Source: a virus
Taxonomy: Duplodnaviria > Heunggongvirae > Uroviricota > Caudoviricetes
IMG/VR virus record: IMGVR_UViG_3300048590_001376
DNA length: 64,000 nt
Reading direction: 5' to 3' (one strand)
Shown: one piece after another, positions 28,118 through 37,011 of the stretch
Position numbering within the stretch: position 1 is the first letter of the stretch
How the letters are laid out: each line of letters begins with the position of its first letter
Position numbers and translations under genes: made by a program
Notes under the pieces: generated by a model
What the model saw: the letters and a program-made list of their open reading frames with translations, nothing else
Told to the model about the DNA's origin: nothing
Database searches by the model: none

Positions 28118-28497
28118 ATGCCGAGAGCGGACTGGATATACATTCCCAAATCGCTATAGGGCTCCTCGTCGATGGCAAACAACAGGTCTTCCAGGATGTC
28201 ACTGATGCCAAGCACTTCGCCGGCCGCAATCGGGTCTTTGCACGACAGTTCACCTGTATGACAGATACAAAGTGCCATGATCGGGCAGACTCGCAGTGTA
28301 TTGCGCGGCGGATTGCCGGCAGGCTTGCCGCGAATCATGCCAGCAGGCGAGCGTTGATCGGAGTAGATAAACCACTCGAAGCGCTGGCGAGGGCCGTCGT
28401 GCAGTGCTGTGGCGAACGAACAGAGTACCGCGTTGCGATGGTGATCGTAGAACCGATCCATTGAGCCCAGGTTGTACTTGGATGTCATGCGTGACAT
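28096..28497 (-). CDS. Hypothetical protein.
   Basis: 133-aa ORF. Confidence 0.4.
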   Translation of the reverse strand: MSRMTSKYNLGSMDRFYDHHRNAVLCSFATALHDGPRQRFEWFIYSDQRSPAGMIRGKPAGNPPRNTLRVCPIMALCICHTGELSCKDPIAAGEVLGISDILEDLLFAIDEEPYSDLGMYIQSALGMCKRFLK

Positions 28498-28502
28498 GCC
28501 TT

Positions 28503-29054
28503 TTAGCCCCCGGTGTCACTGCGATCCACTGAAATGACTTCCCATTTTCCAGCAGCACTGTTCCATTGATGCGTCTCCGGCGCGATGATTTCCCATTTGT
28601 CAATTGTCGACTTTCGGTCGATCATCTTTCGCCATGTTCGCTCGCAAGTCGCTCCATTCAAGTTACAAAGAAGATTGTGCATTGGCGAAACGGAAATTGA
28701 CGCAATCTGGCGGTCGCCAACCTGATCGTGAATCTTCGGAACATACTCTTTTGCTATCGCTTCCTCTGGGGTTTTGGCCCAGACCACCCAGCGATAACCG
28801 TACTGCTTGCCGTTTTCCAGCGTGCATAAGATTTCCCATGGCAACCGGCCGCCACTAAGGATAATCGGATCGCTGTGAAGCTTGCCACCTCGATAGTTGT
28901 CTTCGATCGCGTTCATCAGTTTTTCTCGCTGAGCGGCTCTTAGTAGGCTACGACGTGGCGTCTGGCATATAGCACTGCACGCCGCCGGCAATCCAAATAG
29001 GGCGGCGATCGCACCAATAATCTGACCAAAAAAAGATCGGCGAACGTTGTTCAT
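28503..29054 (-). CDS. Secreted protein with a signal peptide.
   Basis: 183 aa. N-terminus FFGQIIGAIAALFGLPAACSA. Confidence 0.45.
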   Translation of the reverse strand: MNNVRRSFFGQIIGAIAALFGLPAACSAICQTPRRSLLRAAQREKLMNAIEDNYRGGKLHSDPIILSGGRLPWEILCTLENGKQYGYRWVVWAKTPEEAIAKEYVPKIHDQVGDRQIASISVSPMHNLLCNLNGATCERTWRKMIDRKSTIDKWEIIAPETHQWNSAAGKWEVISVDRSDTGG

Positions 29055-29350
29055 CTCTGCTCCGAACTGATAATACTGAAATCGAACGTCGGGTCCGCGA
29101 TCACAAATCGAATGTCATCGCCCCATGCAGTGCGAAGTTGATCAGTAATCGCCTGGCGGTGCTCTTTCGTCAACATCGAGCTGACGCGAACTAGCACTCG
29201 ATCGCCGGGCTGTAAGTTCATGCGGCACACTTGGGCGTTCACCAGCTCGATACGCATTACTTCGGAAGTACGAAGCGAGGGCGGCGGCGGCGAAAACGGC
29301 GGCTCCGGTTTCGTGCCTGGTGGCGGCGGTTCTGGTTGCTTTGCGCCCAT
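29051..29350 (-). CDS. Hypothetical protein.
   Basis: 99-aa ORF with a 4-nt overlap. Confidence 0.4.
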   Translation of the reverse strand: MGAKQPEPPPPGTKPEPPFSPPPPSLRTSEVMRIELVNAQVCRMNLQPGDRVLVRVSSMLTKEHRQAITDQLRTAWGDDIRFVIADPTFDFSIISSEQR

Positions 29351-29352
29351 GG

Positions 29353-29643
29353 CTATTGCTTTAGTTCGGTGACTGAGAAGCCATGCCGTTCGTACTTTGA
29401 ATCATGCGCAATCGTGGTTGCTGTGCCTCGCTTTCCAGCCAACCAGCCTTGCTTGGCCGCCGACGCGAGCAATCGCCAGAATTCATTCTCTGTGATCTTG
29501 CGATTCGGAAAGCGGCGGCGGAAGTGGCCAAGCAGCTCATCGAACTCCGGCGTGTACGGCAACCGATCGCGCGGCGTCGGGCAGGCCAAAAGCAAGCTGC
29601 GGCAGTAGTCGCGTTCCTGTCGTTCTTCCGGGGTCATGTCCAT
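29353..29643 (-). CDS. Hypothetical protein.
   Basis: 96-aa ORF. Confidence 0.4.
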   Translation of the reverse strand: MDMTPEERQERDYCRSLLLACPTPRDRLPYTPEFDELLGHFRRRFPNRKITENEFWRLLASAAKQGWLAGKRGTATTIAHDSKYERHGFSVTELKQ

Positions 29644-29822
29644 TTGCCAAAGATGGTAGGGTATTCTCTCTCGGCACTTCGCGCCATGACATGTCTTTGC
29701 AGGTCATGTATCTTTGTTGCGAACTCACTACACTCATCTGGATGGTGGTCGCCAAGACTGACAAAACAAGAGTAGGCGTCGCCGAGCATCTGGATCAGGT
29801 GGATTTCATTCTCCGTCAACAT
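29634..29822 (-). CDS. Hypothetical small protein.
   Basis: 62-aa ORF. Confidence 0.3.
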   Translation of the reverse strand: MLTENEIHLIQMLGDAYSCFVSLGDHHPDECSEFATKIHDLQRHVMARSAEREYPTIFGKWT

Positions 29823-29825
29823 AGA

Positions 29826-31691
29826 TCACCAACTCTCGTCGCTAATGATTGACCTTACATCGCTGCCTCCACTGGAACGGCGGCCGTAGTTTCGCTCCAG
29901 GTACGCTACAAGGTCATTTTCGTTTTCGTCAAGCTGTCCTTCGCGCTCGCGCTGTCGCTGGATGTGCTCCGGCGCTGGCGGCCACGACACGAGCGGGCCA
30001 GAGTACATGGCGAACTGGCTATTGAGCGAATGCAGCTCGCGGACGGCATGGAACAGCATGACCGTGGCGTCGCCCTTGTCAGGCGAGCGACCGAGCTTTT
30101 CGCGGACAGTCGGCGCGTCCTCGGCCATACCAGGATGACGGTCCTTTGGCGTCAGCAGGAATCGCAGGCTGTCGCCGCTACTGGAATAGACCTTTTCCGG
30201 GGCACATAATTCCTGGGCCAGCTCATCGTCATCGGGCAGCATCCAGGCGGTATCGCCCCACTGGTCATCCGGGTTGAGCCGGCGGCCGAGCGTGCCATAG
30301 GACTCGGCTCGCAGGTTGCCGTAATAGGCCCGCAGCTCCATGCTTGGTGCCGCGCCGCCCATGAACTCGATCACCCAGACGCCCATGTCCTTGAGCTTGT
30401 CGGCGGTGCCGGCGCCCAGCCCGACTGTATCAACCACGACGGGATGGCAGTGCTTAGTCAGGTCGATGCCATACGTCTCGCTGACCAGATGGACGATGTA
30501 CGCAGCATGCTCCGTGGTGCTCGTCTTCTGCCAGGTGTGCAGCGCCTTGAGCCCCAGTAAACCGCCAACGGCCAGGACGGTGTTGTCGCCGGAGAGCGAG
30601 CGGGCCACGTCGACCGCGAAACATTCGATCTCGATCGCCTCGTAGTTCCACGCTTGCTGGTGCCGCCGCAGCCACGAGGCCAGGATGACTTGCTTCTCGA
30701 TGTCTTCGGTTGGAAACTTGCCATGAGCGAAGATGTCAACGTGTCGCTGATCCAGATGGCGACTGATGCCCTGGAAGCGAGCCAGATCGCATTGGTTGGG
30801 GATCAGCGGCCGGACGTGAACATAGTATTCATCCGGGATGCGTTCATTTGGCTGAAATACGCGGTCTTTGATCGTGATGCCGTTCGGTGGCGCAACAGGC
30901 GTTTCGAGTCGCGATCGCTTGACATTGGAGCAGTCGAGGCCGCCGACAGTGACGCATCGCCTCAGACCGAACGCACCCTCGACTGTCTGCGTGACATCCC
31001 GGTCGACACATGGATCGTACCCCTTGTAAAACCAGCCAGAGAGCGTGCGAGGATTAGACAGCGCCACAATCTTGCGGAACTGCTTCTGGGCGTTCTCGTA
31101 GAGCAGCCCGCGGCAGTTCGAGGACTCGTCGAACACGAATAGAGTACGCGGCCCATGTTGCCCTGAAAAGCCTTCGCCGCTCGACGGGTTGCGGACGACA
31201 AGGTAGCGAGTTTCGTGGCACTTGATTTCATCAGTGAGGGCGTCGCCTGGCAAGTCGACGGCTGCGGTGTTGCGCCACATCAGCACTTCGCCGTAGAGGT
31301 TTTTCTGGCAGTGCTCGTAGCTGGTCGACGTGAGGATGATCTTGCATTCATCCCAAACATAGAGCCACAGATTGATGGCGATCGAGACGGCCGTGCCCTT
31401 GCCGGCCTTCGTGTTTCCTTTGATGAAAATCTCGCGGATCGTGTCGTCGAAGAAAGATCGGATGATGTCGCGCTGCCAGTTGTCGATGCACAGGCAAGGG
31501 TCGAGCGGCTTGCCGGGCTCGCCTTCGAAGAATCCTGTTTCGGCTGGATCGGTGACGATCAGCGACGGCCAGATATGGGCGATCAGCGGGAACGGGTCGC
31601 CAGCGCGGCACTTGCGTTTCAGAAACTCGATCGCTGCCGCTTCCAGGGCTATTGGGTTGATCTCAGCGGGTGGCGAGTTGACGGTGCTCAT
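29826..31691 (-). CDS. Terminase large subunit.
   Basis: 621 aa with an N-terminal ATPase (Walker A-like GNTKAGKGT, Walker B-like LFVFDESS) and a C-terminal nuclease-like half. Upstream of the portal. Confidence 0.6.
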   Translation of the reverse strand: MSTVNSPPAEINPIALEAAAIEFLKRKCRAGDPFPLIAHIWPSLIVTDPAETGFFEGEPGKPLDPCLCIDNWQRDIIRSFFDDTIREIFIKGNTKAGKGTAVSIAINLWLYVWDECKIILTSTSYEHCQKNLYGEVLMWRNTAAVDLPGDALTDEIKCHETRYLVVRNPSSGEGFSGQHGPRTLFVFDESSNCRGLLYENAQKQFRKIVALSNPRTLSGWFYKGYDPCVDRDVTQTVEGAFGLRRCVTVGGLDCSNVKRSRLETPVAPPNGITIKDRVFQPNERIPDEYYVHVRPLIPNQCDLARFQGISRHLDQRHVDIFAHGKFPTEDIEKQVILASWLRRHQQAWNYEAIEIECFAVDVARSLSGDNTVLAVGGLLGLKALHTWQKTSTTEHAAYIVHLVSETYGIDLTKHCHPVVVDTVGLGAGTADKLKDMGVWVIEFMGGAAPSMELRAYYGNLRAESYGTLGRRLNPDDQWGDTAWMLPDDDELAQELCAPEKVYSSSGDSLRFLLTPKDRHPGMAEDAPTVREKLGRSPDKGDATVMLFHAVRELHSLNSQFAMYSGPLVSWPPAPEHIQRQREREGQLDENENDLVAYLERNYGRRSSGGSDVRSIISDESW

Positions 31692-32248
31692 TTCAGGCCA
31701 GTGTTCTCGCGTTCAAGATCGAGGCCCGACAGATTCATGTAGTCGTTAGAGAGCAGTCGGTACGTCCTCACGAAAGCAAATCCGGTGACAAACGCCTGGA
31801 GTTGATTCAGCCCCCATGCGTTTAGCTCGCTAATTTCCTTGTTGATGGACTCCTCGATGTCGCCCGGCCTCAAGTCGGTCGACGCATGAGCTGAGATATA
31901 CTTGGCCGACTTCGCCAGCACAAAATTCAACAGCGTATGCTCAGGGTTCGCCACTTCGTGGTAGAGCTTTACGAGATCGCTGATCGCAAACTGGACCGCA
32001 AACGATACGGTAACGACCTTGCCGTCCGACGTGGCCATCGTCTGGTTGGTCGTCGTCATTATTCGCAGTCGAACGCTCTGTGAATAAACGCGGTCGAGAA
32101 ACGGGATGCGGAAGTGGATTCCGGGCGATAGTAGCTTCGTGGTTTTGCCGAGACGAACGAGCAGTCCAGCCTCCCATGCGGCGATAACAACCCACCATTG
32201 AAATGGCTTGCCGATCGATCCGAGTAACTGTGTGAGCCAGGTGGACAT
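31688..32248 (-). CDS. SPFH / band-7 (stomatin-prohibitin) domain protein.
   Basis: WVVIAAWEAGLLVRLGKTTKLLSPGIHFRIPFLDRVYSQSVRLRIMTTTNQTMATSDGKVVTVSFAV resembles the SPFH core. Start at the ATG at 32246-32248. ATGA overlap with the large terminase. Confidence 0.55.
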   Translation of the reverse strand: MSTWLTQLLGSIGKPFQWWVVIAAWEAGLLVRLGKTTKLLSPGIHFRIPFLDRVYSQSVRLRIMTTTNQTMATSDGKVVTVSFAVQFAISDLVKLYHEVANPEHTLLNFVLAKSAKYISAHASTDLRPGDIEESINKEISELNAWGLNQLQAFVTGFAFVRTYRLLSNDYMNLSGLDLERENTGLK

Positions 32249-32249
32249 G

Positions 32250-32678
32250 TTATCTCGGCTTGCTGGACTTCGCTGAGAACCCAATCTCTTCGAGTCGCTT
32301 GAACACGTTGGCTATCGTCTTCTCGCCCACGTTCGACAGCGACATGAGTTGCCCGCGAGTGAGCTTAAGAAGATCCTTTAGGTATAGCACTCCGGCCTCT
32401 TCCATGCGGTTCACGAACCGCAGCTCGATGTCGCCGAAGATTTCGGCCAGGCTGGTTTCCAGCCACAGCTCGCGAGTCATTTCTTCGGAGCACGCCTGGC
32501 CCACCGACTTCAATTCTTTCTCTAATTCCATGATCCGCTCATTGTGAAAGTCGATCTGCATCTGAATGCAGCGGGCTCGCGTCAGTGGCGTCGATCCAGT
32601 GATGCCATCCACGCCGAGAATAACCTGAGACTCATTCCCCTTGACGAAGCGACGGCGGCCTTCGATTTGCTTGATCAT
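32250..32678 (-). CDS. DNA-binding protein with an RNA polymerase alpha-CTD-like helix-hairpin-helix; possible small terminase.
   Basis: C-terminal LRFVNRMEEAGVLYLKDLLKLTRGQLMSLSNVGEKTIANVFKRLEEIG resembles an alpha-CTD. Lies immediately upstream of the SPFH and TerL genes. Confidence 0.4.
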   Translation of the reverse strand: MIKQIEGRRRFVKGNESQVILGVDGITGSTPLTRARCIQMQIDFHNERIMELEKELKSVGQACSEEMTRELWLETSLAEIFGDIELRFVNRMEEAGVLYLKDLLKLTRGQLMSLSNVGEKTIANVFKRLEEIGFSAKSSKPR

Positions 32679-32681
32679 TGG

Positions 32682-32993
32682 CTACCACCCACGCAACTTA
32701 CGCTGCCGCTCGGTGTATCGGTCGACTCTTAGTTCTGCGGATTGCAGGGCCTGAATGCCACTGGGAGTTAGCTTAAACAGCAGGGTATCACCCTTCCGCT
32801 TGCACTCGACGTAACGCTGACGCAGCAGCCAGCGGGTGACTTCGCCCAGCGCTGGCCTGCCAAGCTCCGGGTGCTTGACCGGGACCGGCAGGCCATCGGA
32901 CACGGCTGACATGTAGGCGATCTTGCGGAGCACGGTCAGCGTGCCAGCCGGCGTGACGTTCGGGTTGTGCGGCTTCCTTTGTGGCATGGGCAA
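32682..32993 (-). CDS. Putative winged-helix DNA-binding protein.
   Basis: 103-aa basic ORF. Confidence 0.35.
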   Translation of the reverse strand: MPMPQRKPHNPNVTPAGTLTVLRKIAYMSAVSDGLPVPVKHPELGRPALGEVTRWLLRQRYVECKRKGDTLLFKLTPSGIQALQSAELRVDRYTERQRKLRGW

Positions 32994-33110
32994 GATTTAG
33001 CGGCAGGGCTTCAAAACCGTCAAGCAGATTTTTCTGGCTCCGGCTGAACTGGATCATCTTCACCGAAGTATCCAGGCGAAAAGAAGCCGCCGGCCGCGAT
33101 TCAGGATTCT

Positions 33111-33416
33111 TTAAAGCTCCTCGTATTCCTTCTGTGCTGCGGCAATTCGACACTCCAACATTTCGATGAATAGCCGCAGTGCTTCCGGCACAAGGCTGGG
33201 CTCGCGGTTGGCCCAGCACACTTTCGCAAGATCCGATTTCTGCAGATCATTCGAGTCATTGCCATACCACACTTCGCCCTTCACTAGATCGAAGGCAACT
33301 ACACTTACACTGCCACCTAGTCTTACCAACGCATCATTCAGGAACTCGATGCGGCTTTCAATCTCCGTGGCTCTCTTGAGCCGGGCTTCGAGTAAATTCT
33401 TCTCATCTCTGTTCAT
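33111..33416 (-). CDS. Hypothetical helical protein.
   Basis: 101-aa ORF immediately after a terminator. Confidence 0.4.
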   Translation of the reverse strand: MNRDEKNLLEARLKRATEIESRIEFLNDALVRLGGSVSVVAFDLVKGEVWYGNDSNDLQKSDLAKVCWANREPSLVPEALRLFIEMLECRIAAAQKEYEEL

Positions 33417-33426
33417 GCGTCACCCG

Positions 33427-33471
33427 TTAAAAACACCGTTGCGGCCGACTCAGGCGAACCGACCGCAACGG
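33427..33471 (-). terminator. Rho-independent terminator.
   Basis: 12-bp stem with 1 mismatch (ccgttgcggccg / cgaccgcaacgg, 33436-33471), followed on the minus strand by a T-run (plus-strand ttaaaaaca at 33427-33435). Confidence 0.5.
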
Positions 33472-33612
33472 CCTCGAAAGGACAAGCAGGCCCGCGTTAC
33501 AACGCCACAGCGGGCTCTGGGCTACTCCTGCGGCTGGACTTTGCTTTGCTTACAAGGCAGGTACGCAACGCAACCAGCTTGCCTCGATCCATCGGGCCGC
33601 TATTGGCCGGAG

Positions 33613-34179
33613 TCAGCCGGCACCCTCCCGCGCAACATCGATCGTAGTGATCACTGTTGATAGTGCATCGGCGTCGCATGATGGCGCCGGTGCTTCAAAT
33701 CCGTCAAGGGAATTTTTGGCGGCGGCGTCATTAAGGCGGCGATGCAAGGCCCACATGCCGCAACTGCACTCTTGCGGCTTTCCTCGTTTGATGACGCAAT
33801 CGTCGTAATGGGCCAGATAAAGCTCTACGTAGCCGCACAAATTCCGTAGTTGCTGGATTTCGTGGTCGCGGATGCACAGTGAGCAACGGCAATCGGGGTC
33901 GCTCATTACTCGGCATGTTTCGCCAACAGCGCGATGCCTCCATTCGTCTCGCTCTTGCTCGGCCGCCAGCAACTTCGCCTGCATTTCATTGATCGCTTCC
34001 GCAATCGCCTCGCGGATGACCGACTCAACATCCGGCACGGCATGCACCCTCGGCTCGCCGCGAAAACCAAGCAGGCTTTGCACCATCCACTCGCCGCCGC
34101 TGGGCAGGTAGCCTCGCAATTCGCTGATGCGCTCGGCAGCCTGCCTGACGATCTCGTCCACGCTTCTGTTCATTCGCAC
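33613..34179 (-). CDS. Hypothetical protein, Cys-containing.
   Basis: 188-aa ORF with a 10-nt overlap with the HTH gene. Confidence 0.4.
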   Translation of the reverse strand: MRMNRSVDEIVRQAAERISELRGYLPSGGEWMVQSLLGFRGEPRVHAVPDVESVIREAIAEAINEMQAKLLAAEQERDEWRHRAVGETCRVMSDPDCRCSLCIRDHEIQQLRNLCGYVELYLAHYDDCVIKRGKPQECSCGMWALHRRLNDAAAKNSLDGFEAPAPSCDADALSTVITTIDVAREGAG

Positions 34180-34433
34180 TTGCTCCGTTTCCTCGACAGC
34201 CTCTTGTCCACTTCGGCTAGCTTGGCCAGCGTAGCAAATGTCACCTTGCGTTTGCCATTCTCCATCGCGGAGAGATTCGGCCGGTTAATGCCGGTTAGCT
34301 TCTCCAGGTCGGCCAGCGATAGGCAGTGCTGCTTGCGGAAGCAGTGAATGATCTTCGGGCCGTCGCGCTCCAGCTCCTTGACGGCAGTGGCGATCAAACG
34401 AGCGCGAACCATACTAATTAGTTCAGTGGTCAT
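34170..34433 (-). CDS. XRE-family helix-turn-helix transcriptional regulator.
   Basis: LSLADLEKLTGINRPNLSAMENGKRKVTFATLAKLA is a classic HTH_XRE. ATGA overlap with the AAA gene. Confidence 0.55.
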   Translation of the reverse strand: MTTELISMVRARLIATAVKELERDGPKIIHCFRKQHCLSLADLEKLTGINRPNLSAMENGKRKVTFATLAKLAEVDKRLSRKRSKCE

Positions 34434-35326
34434 GCCGCGGCAATTAGCTCCCTGGCCTTGTTCTGTAGGATCGTTTCGATTTCTGCGAAGCTTGGGCGTG
34501 GCGTGCTTTCGTCAAAGCGAAGTGCCGACAAGCTGCCGCGGAGTATCGGGTGCCGCCTGCATAGCGTGTCGATGAAGATCGCGACTTGCCTATCGCTCGG
34601 CGGCGGGAATTCCAATTTGGTGTCGAAGCGGCGAAACAGCGCTGGATCGAGGCAATCAAGGCGATTGGTCGCCGCGATGAACGTGCATGTCGGCGGCATC
34701 GCGTCGAGCGACATCAATAGCTGCGTTACCATGCGATTAGCCTCTTTGTCGGCCCCACTGGTGCCAGCGGCCCGCGACTCGGCCAGGGCGTCGATTTCGT
34801 CGATGAACAGCACGCATGGTTGGCGTGCGGCGTCGCTGAACACCTTCACGAGATTCTTGGCCGACGTGCCGAAGTGGCTATCGGCAATCTGGCTGTGCTC
34901 GGCGTAGAGCAGCGGCACGCCAAGCAAGCTGGCCAGTGCTTCGGCCGCGGCGGTCTTGCCGTTGCCCGGCGGACCATGGAACAGCAGTTTGGTTCGCGGG
35001 CGAAGATTATTGGCCAGGAGCACTTCGCGGCGATCGTGCTCGCGCTTGAGCAATTCCAGCGACTGCCGCACATCATCGGGCAGCAGCAGTGTGCCAAGCG
35101 TGCGCGTGGGATTGATGGCACAGACTCCATCGGAGCAGTTCGGCAGGGCAACCAGGCTGCTGGTGGGGCCGGCGTGCTGCTCCAGCAGTTTGCGAATCCG
35201 ATCGGCCAGCGAGTGGCGGCGTGCGGCGCGCTCGCTGGCTTCCAAGCAGCGAATTGCGCTGATTAACTGATCGCGATTGCCGGAGAGGGCATAGCGAAAT
35301 GCGTTGATGGCCTCGGTGGACTTCAT
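34430..35326 (-). CDS. AAA+ ATPase of the classic AAA clade (FtsH/CDC48-like).
   Basis: Walker A LLFHGPPGNGKT, Walker B VLFIDEIDAL, and a second region of homology. Confidence 0.6.
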   Translation of the reverse strand: MKSTEAINAFRYALSGNRDQLISAIRCLEASERAARRHSLADRIRKLLEQHAGPTSSLVALPNCSDGVCAINPTRTLGTLLLPDDVRQSLELLKREHDRREVLLANNLRPRTKLLFHGPPGNGKTAAAEALASLLGVPLLYAEHSQIADSHFGTSAKNLVKVFSDAARQPCVLFIDEIDALAESRAAGTSGADKEANRMVTQLLMSLDAMPPTCTFIAATNRLDCLDPALFRRFDTKLEFPPPSDRQVAIFIDTLCRRHPILRGSLSALRFDESTPRPSFAEIETILQNKARELIAAA

Positions 35327-35340
35327 GCCTGTTGTTCCTG

Positions 35341-35769
35341 TTAGCGTCCGTTCGCAACGGAACTCGCTCGCGGTTCCGTTGCTTGCAAATCGTCAGGCAC
35401 ATGCCGCTCCAGTACCGCCCGCTCATTCCCCAGGTCGCGATTCACTGCATCGTGCTCTGTGAACTTATTCGGATAACGAGCGCGGAGCTTGTTGATGTTG
35501 GCCACCATGCACTGCTCGAAGCTCACGCCGACGTGATCGCAGAGGATGGCCAGATACCAGAACGCATCGCCAATCTCTTCGGCGATGTTCGTGCGGTCGG
35601 CATGCTTGCCATAAAAGATCGTGCGCTTGAACGAGTCGGTCAGTTCGCCGATTTCAGTCGCGAGTCCAAAGATCGCATGTACGGCGCGAGCATCGGTAAT
35701 AAGGCGATTGGCTAGCTCCGGCGTGATAGGGGCCTCGGTGGTCAGTGCCTGCTCGATATAGTTTTTCAT
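35341..35769 (-). CDS. mazG: MazG-like nucleotide pyrophosphohydrolase.
   Basis: EIGELTDSF...AEEIGDAFWYLAILCDHVGVSFEQCMVANINKLRARY resembles the MazG signature. Confidence 0.55.
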   Translation of the reverse strand: MKNYIEQALTTEAPITPELANRLITDARAVHAIFGLATEIGELTDSFKRTIFYGKHADRTNIAEEIGDAFWYLAILCDHVGVSFEQCMVANINKLRARYPNKFTEHDAVNRDLGNERAVLERHVPDDLQATEPRASSVANGR

Positions 35770-36155
35770 TGCTTGTCTTTCTTGATTTCCTCAATAATCT
35801 TTTCGGGTTGTTTGATTCGCTCCCGCAGCGCGTCACGCAGCTCGTCACGTTCTTTTTTGACGCTCTCTAGTTGCTCTTGAAAACGTCGACCATCTCTAGC
35901 TGCCTCGACGACGATCCGGGCCATGTCGACGACGTGCGTTTTCGGTGGCGAGATTTCGCAAAGCACGCGAACAATGGCAGATTGAAAATGAAACACGCCC
36001 TCTTGAACTTCGCGCTTGATGCGGTCCCGCAGGAAGTTCTTGATGTGCGAGGCTGCCCACGGCAGATCACTCTCGGCAGCAAGCGGGAATATCTCCCGGA
36101 ACGCCTTGCGGATCTCGGCCTGCTCTTGCTTCGCTCGTTCGATGTCGTAATCCAC
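35766..36155 (-). CDS. Coiled-coil hypothetical protein.
   Basis: 129 aa with an ATGA overlap with mazG. Confidence 0.4.
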   Translation of the reverse strand: MDYDIERAKQEQAEIRKAFREIFPLAAESDLPWAASHIKNFLRDRIKREVQEGVFHFQSAIVRVLCEISPPKTHVVDMARIVVEAARDGRRFQEQLESVKKERDELRDALRERIKQPEKIIEEIKKDKQ

Positions 36156-36471
36156 TGGCTATCTCCTGGCGGAATAAATATGCCCGTCTCTCCGAGCTGT
36201 CACGCGACTACTCGTCAGCAGTTTTTCCGACTCGCGTTTGGTCGTTGGCCAAGTCGATCAATCCGTCGCTACTTTCGAGCTATACCCGAAAGTCCCATCC
36301 CCCTGGCCAGAGGCGGTGCGAGATACGGTCATGTCTTCAAGGTGGATTCCAGTTGCTTGATTCGCTCCCGCAGCTCGTCACGATCCTTCGTCACTCTCTC
36401 TACCCCACCCGCCGCAGCTCGAATCGCGGTGGCAACGAGAAACGAGCTGCGGACGGAGAGGGGAAACGGAG

Positions 36472-37011
36472 CTAAATGGTTGATGCTTTTGGTCGCCGCC
36501 CTATCTTTCCTCGTGACACTGCGACGATTGAATAGTCAATTACGTCTGGAAAGTTTAGTTTCGCAAATTCTCCAGCCAACTCTCTGGCTGCTTGGTCGTA
36601 GGCCAGTGCCGCAACCTCTTCGCTTACGAATGTCCCTAGGTGCTTGCGAACTTTATTGAACGTGATATGTGACACCCAGCAGTTATTTTGCGAATGTCTT
36701 CGCACTCCCTTGAATCGCGAACTCGTTCCAAGAACCGGCCCGCGATTGTGCTGATTTTGTGGCTGTGTAGCTAATCGAAGATTGTGGCGCTGATTATCAA
36801 GTCCATTGCGGTTGCGATGATCCACGAGGCAGTCTGGCTCACCCATGATCATGCGGTGCATGTAAACCCTGCGGCCTTTTCGTCCGACTTGCATTTGGGC
36901 GTAGGATGTCTTGTTGCGAACCGCAAGTCGCCAGGGAAGGCTGGCAAGCCAATCGTAATCAGCATCATCAACAAGCACTTCATGGCCAGATGGCAAGCGT
37001 ATGATTTTCAT
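36472..37011 (-). CDS. HNH homing endonuclease with an AP2 DNA-binding domain.
   Basis: HNH core (HRMIMGEPDCLVDHRNRNGLDNQRHNLR) plus an AP2 domain (SSRFKGVRRHSQNNCWVSHITF...EEVAALAYDQAARELAGEFAKLNF). ATGA-coupled to the thyX-like gene. Confidence 0.6.
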   Translation of the reverse strand: MKIIRLPSGHEVLVDDADYDWLASLPWRLAVRNKTSYAQMQVGRKGRRVYMHRMIMGEPDCLVDHRNRNGLDNQRHNLRLATQPQNQHNRGPVLGTSSRFKGVRRHSQNNCWVSHITFNKVRKHLGTFVSEEVAALAYDQAARELAGEFAKLNFPDVIDYSIVAVSRGKIGRRPKASTI

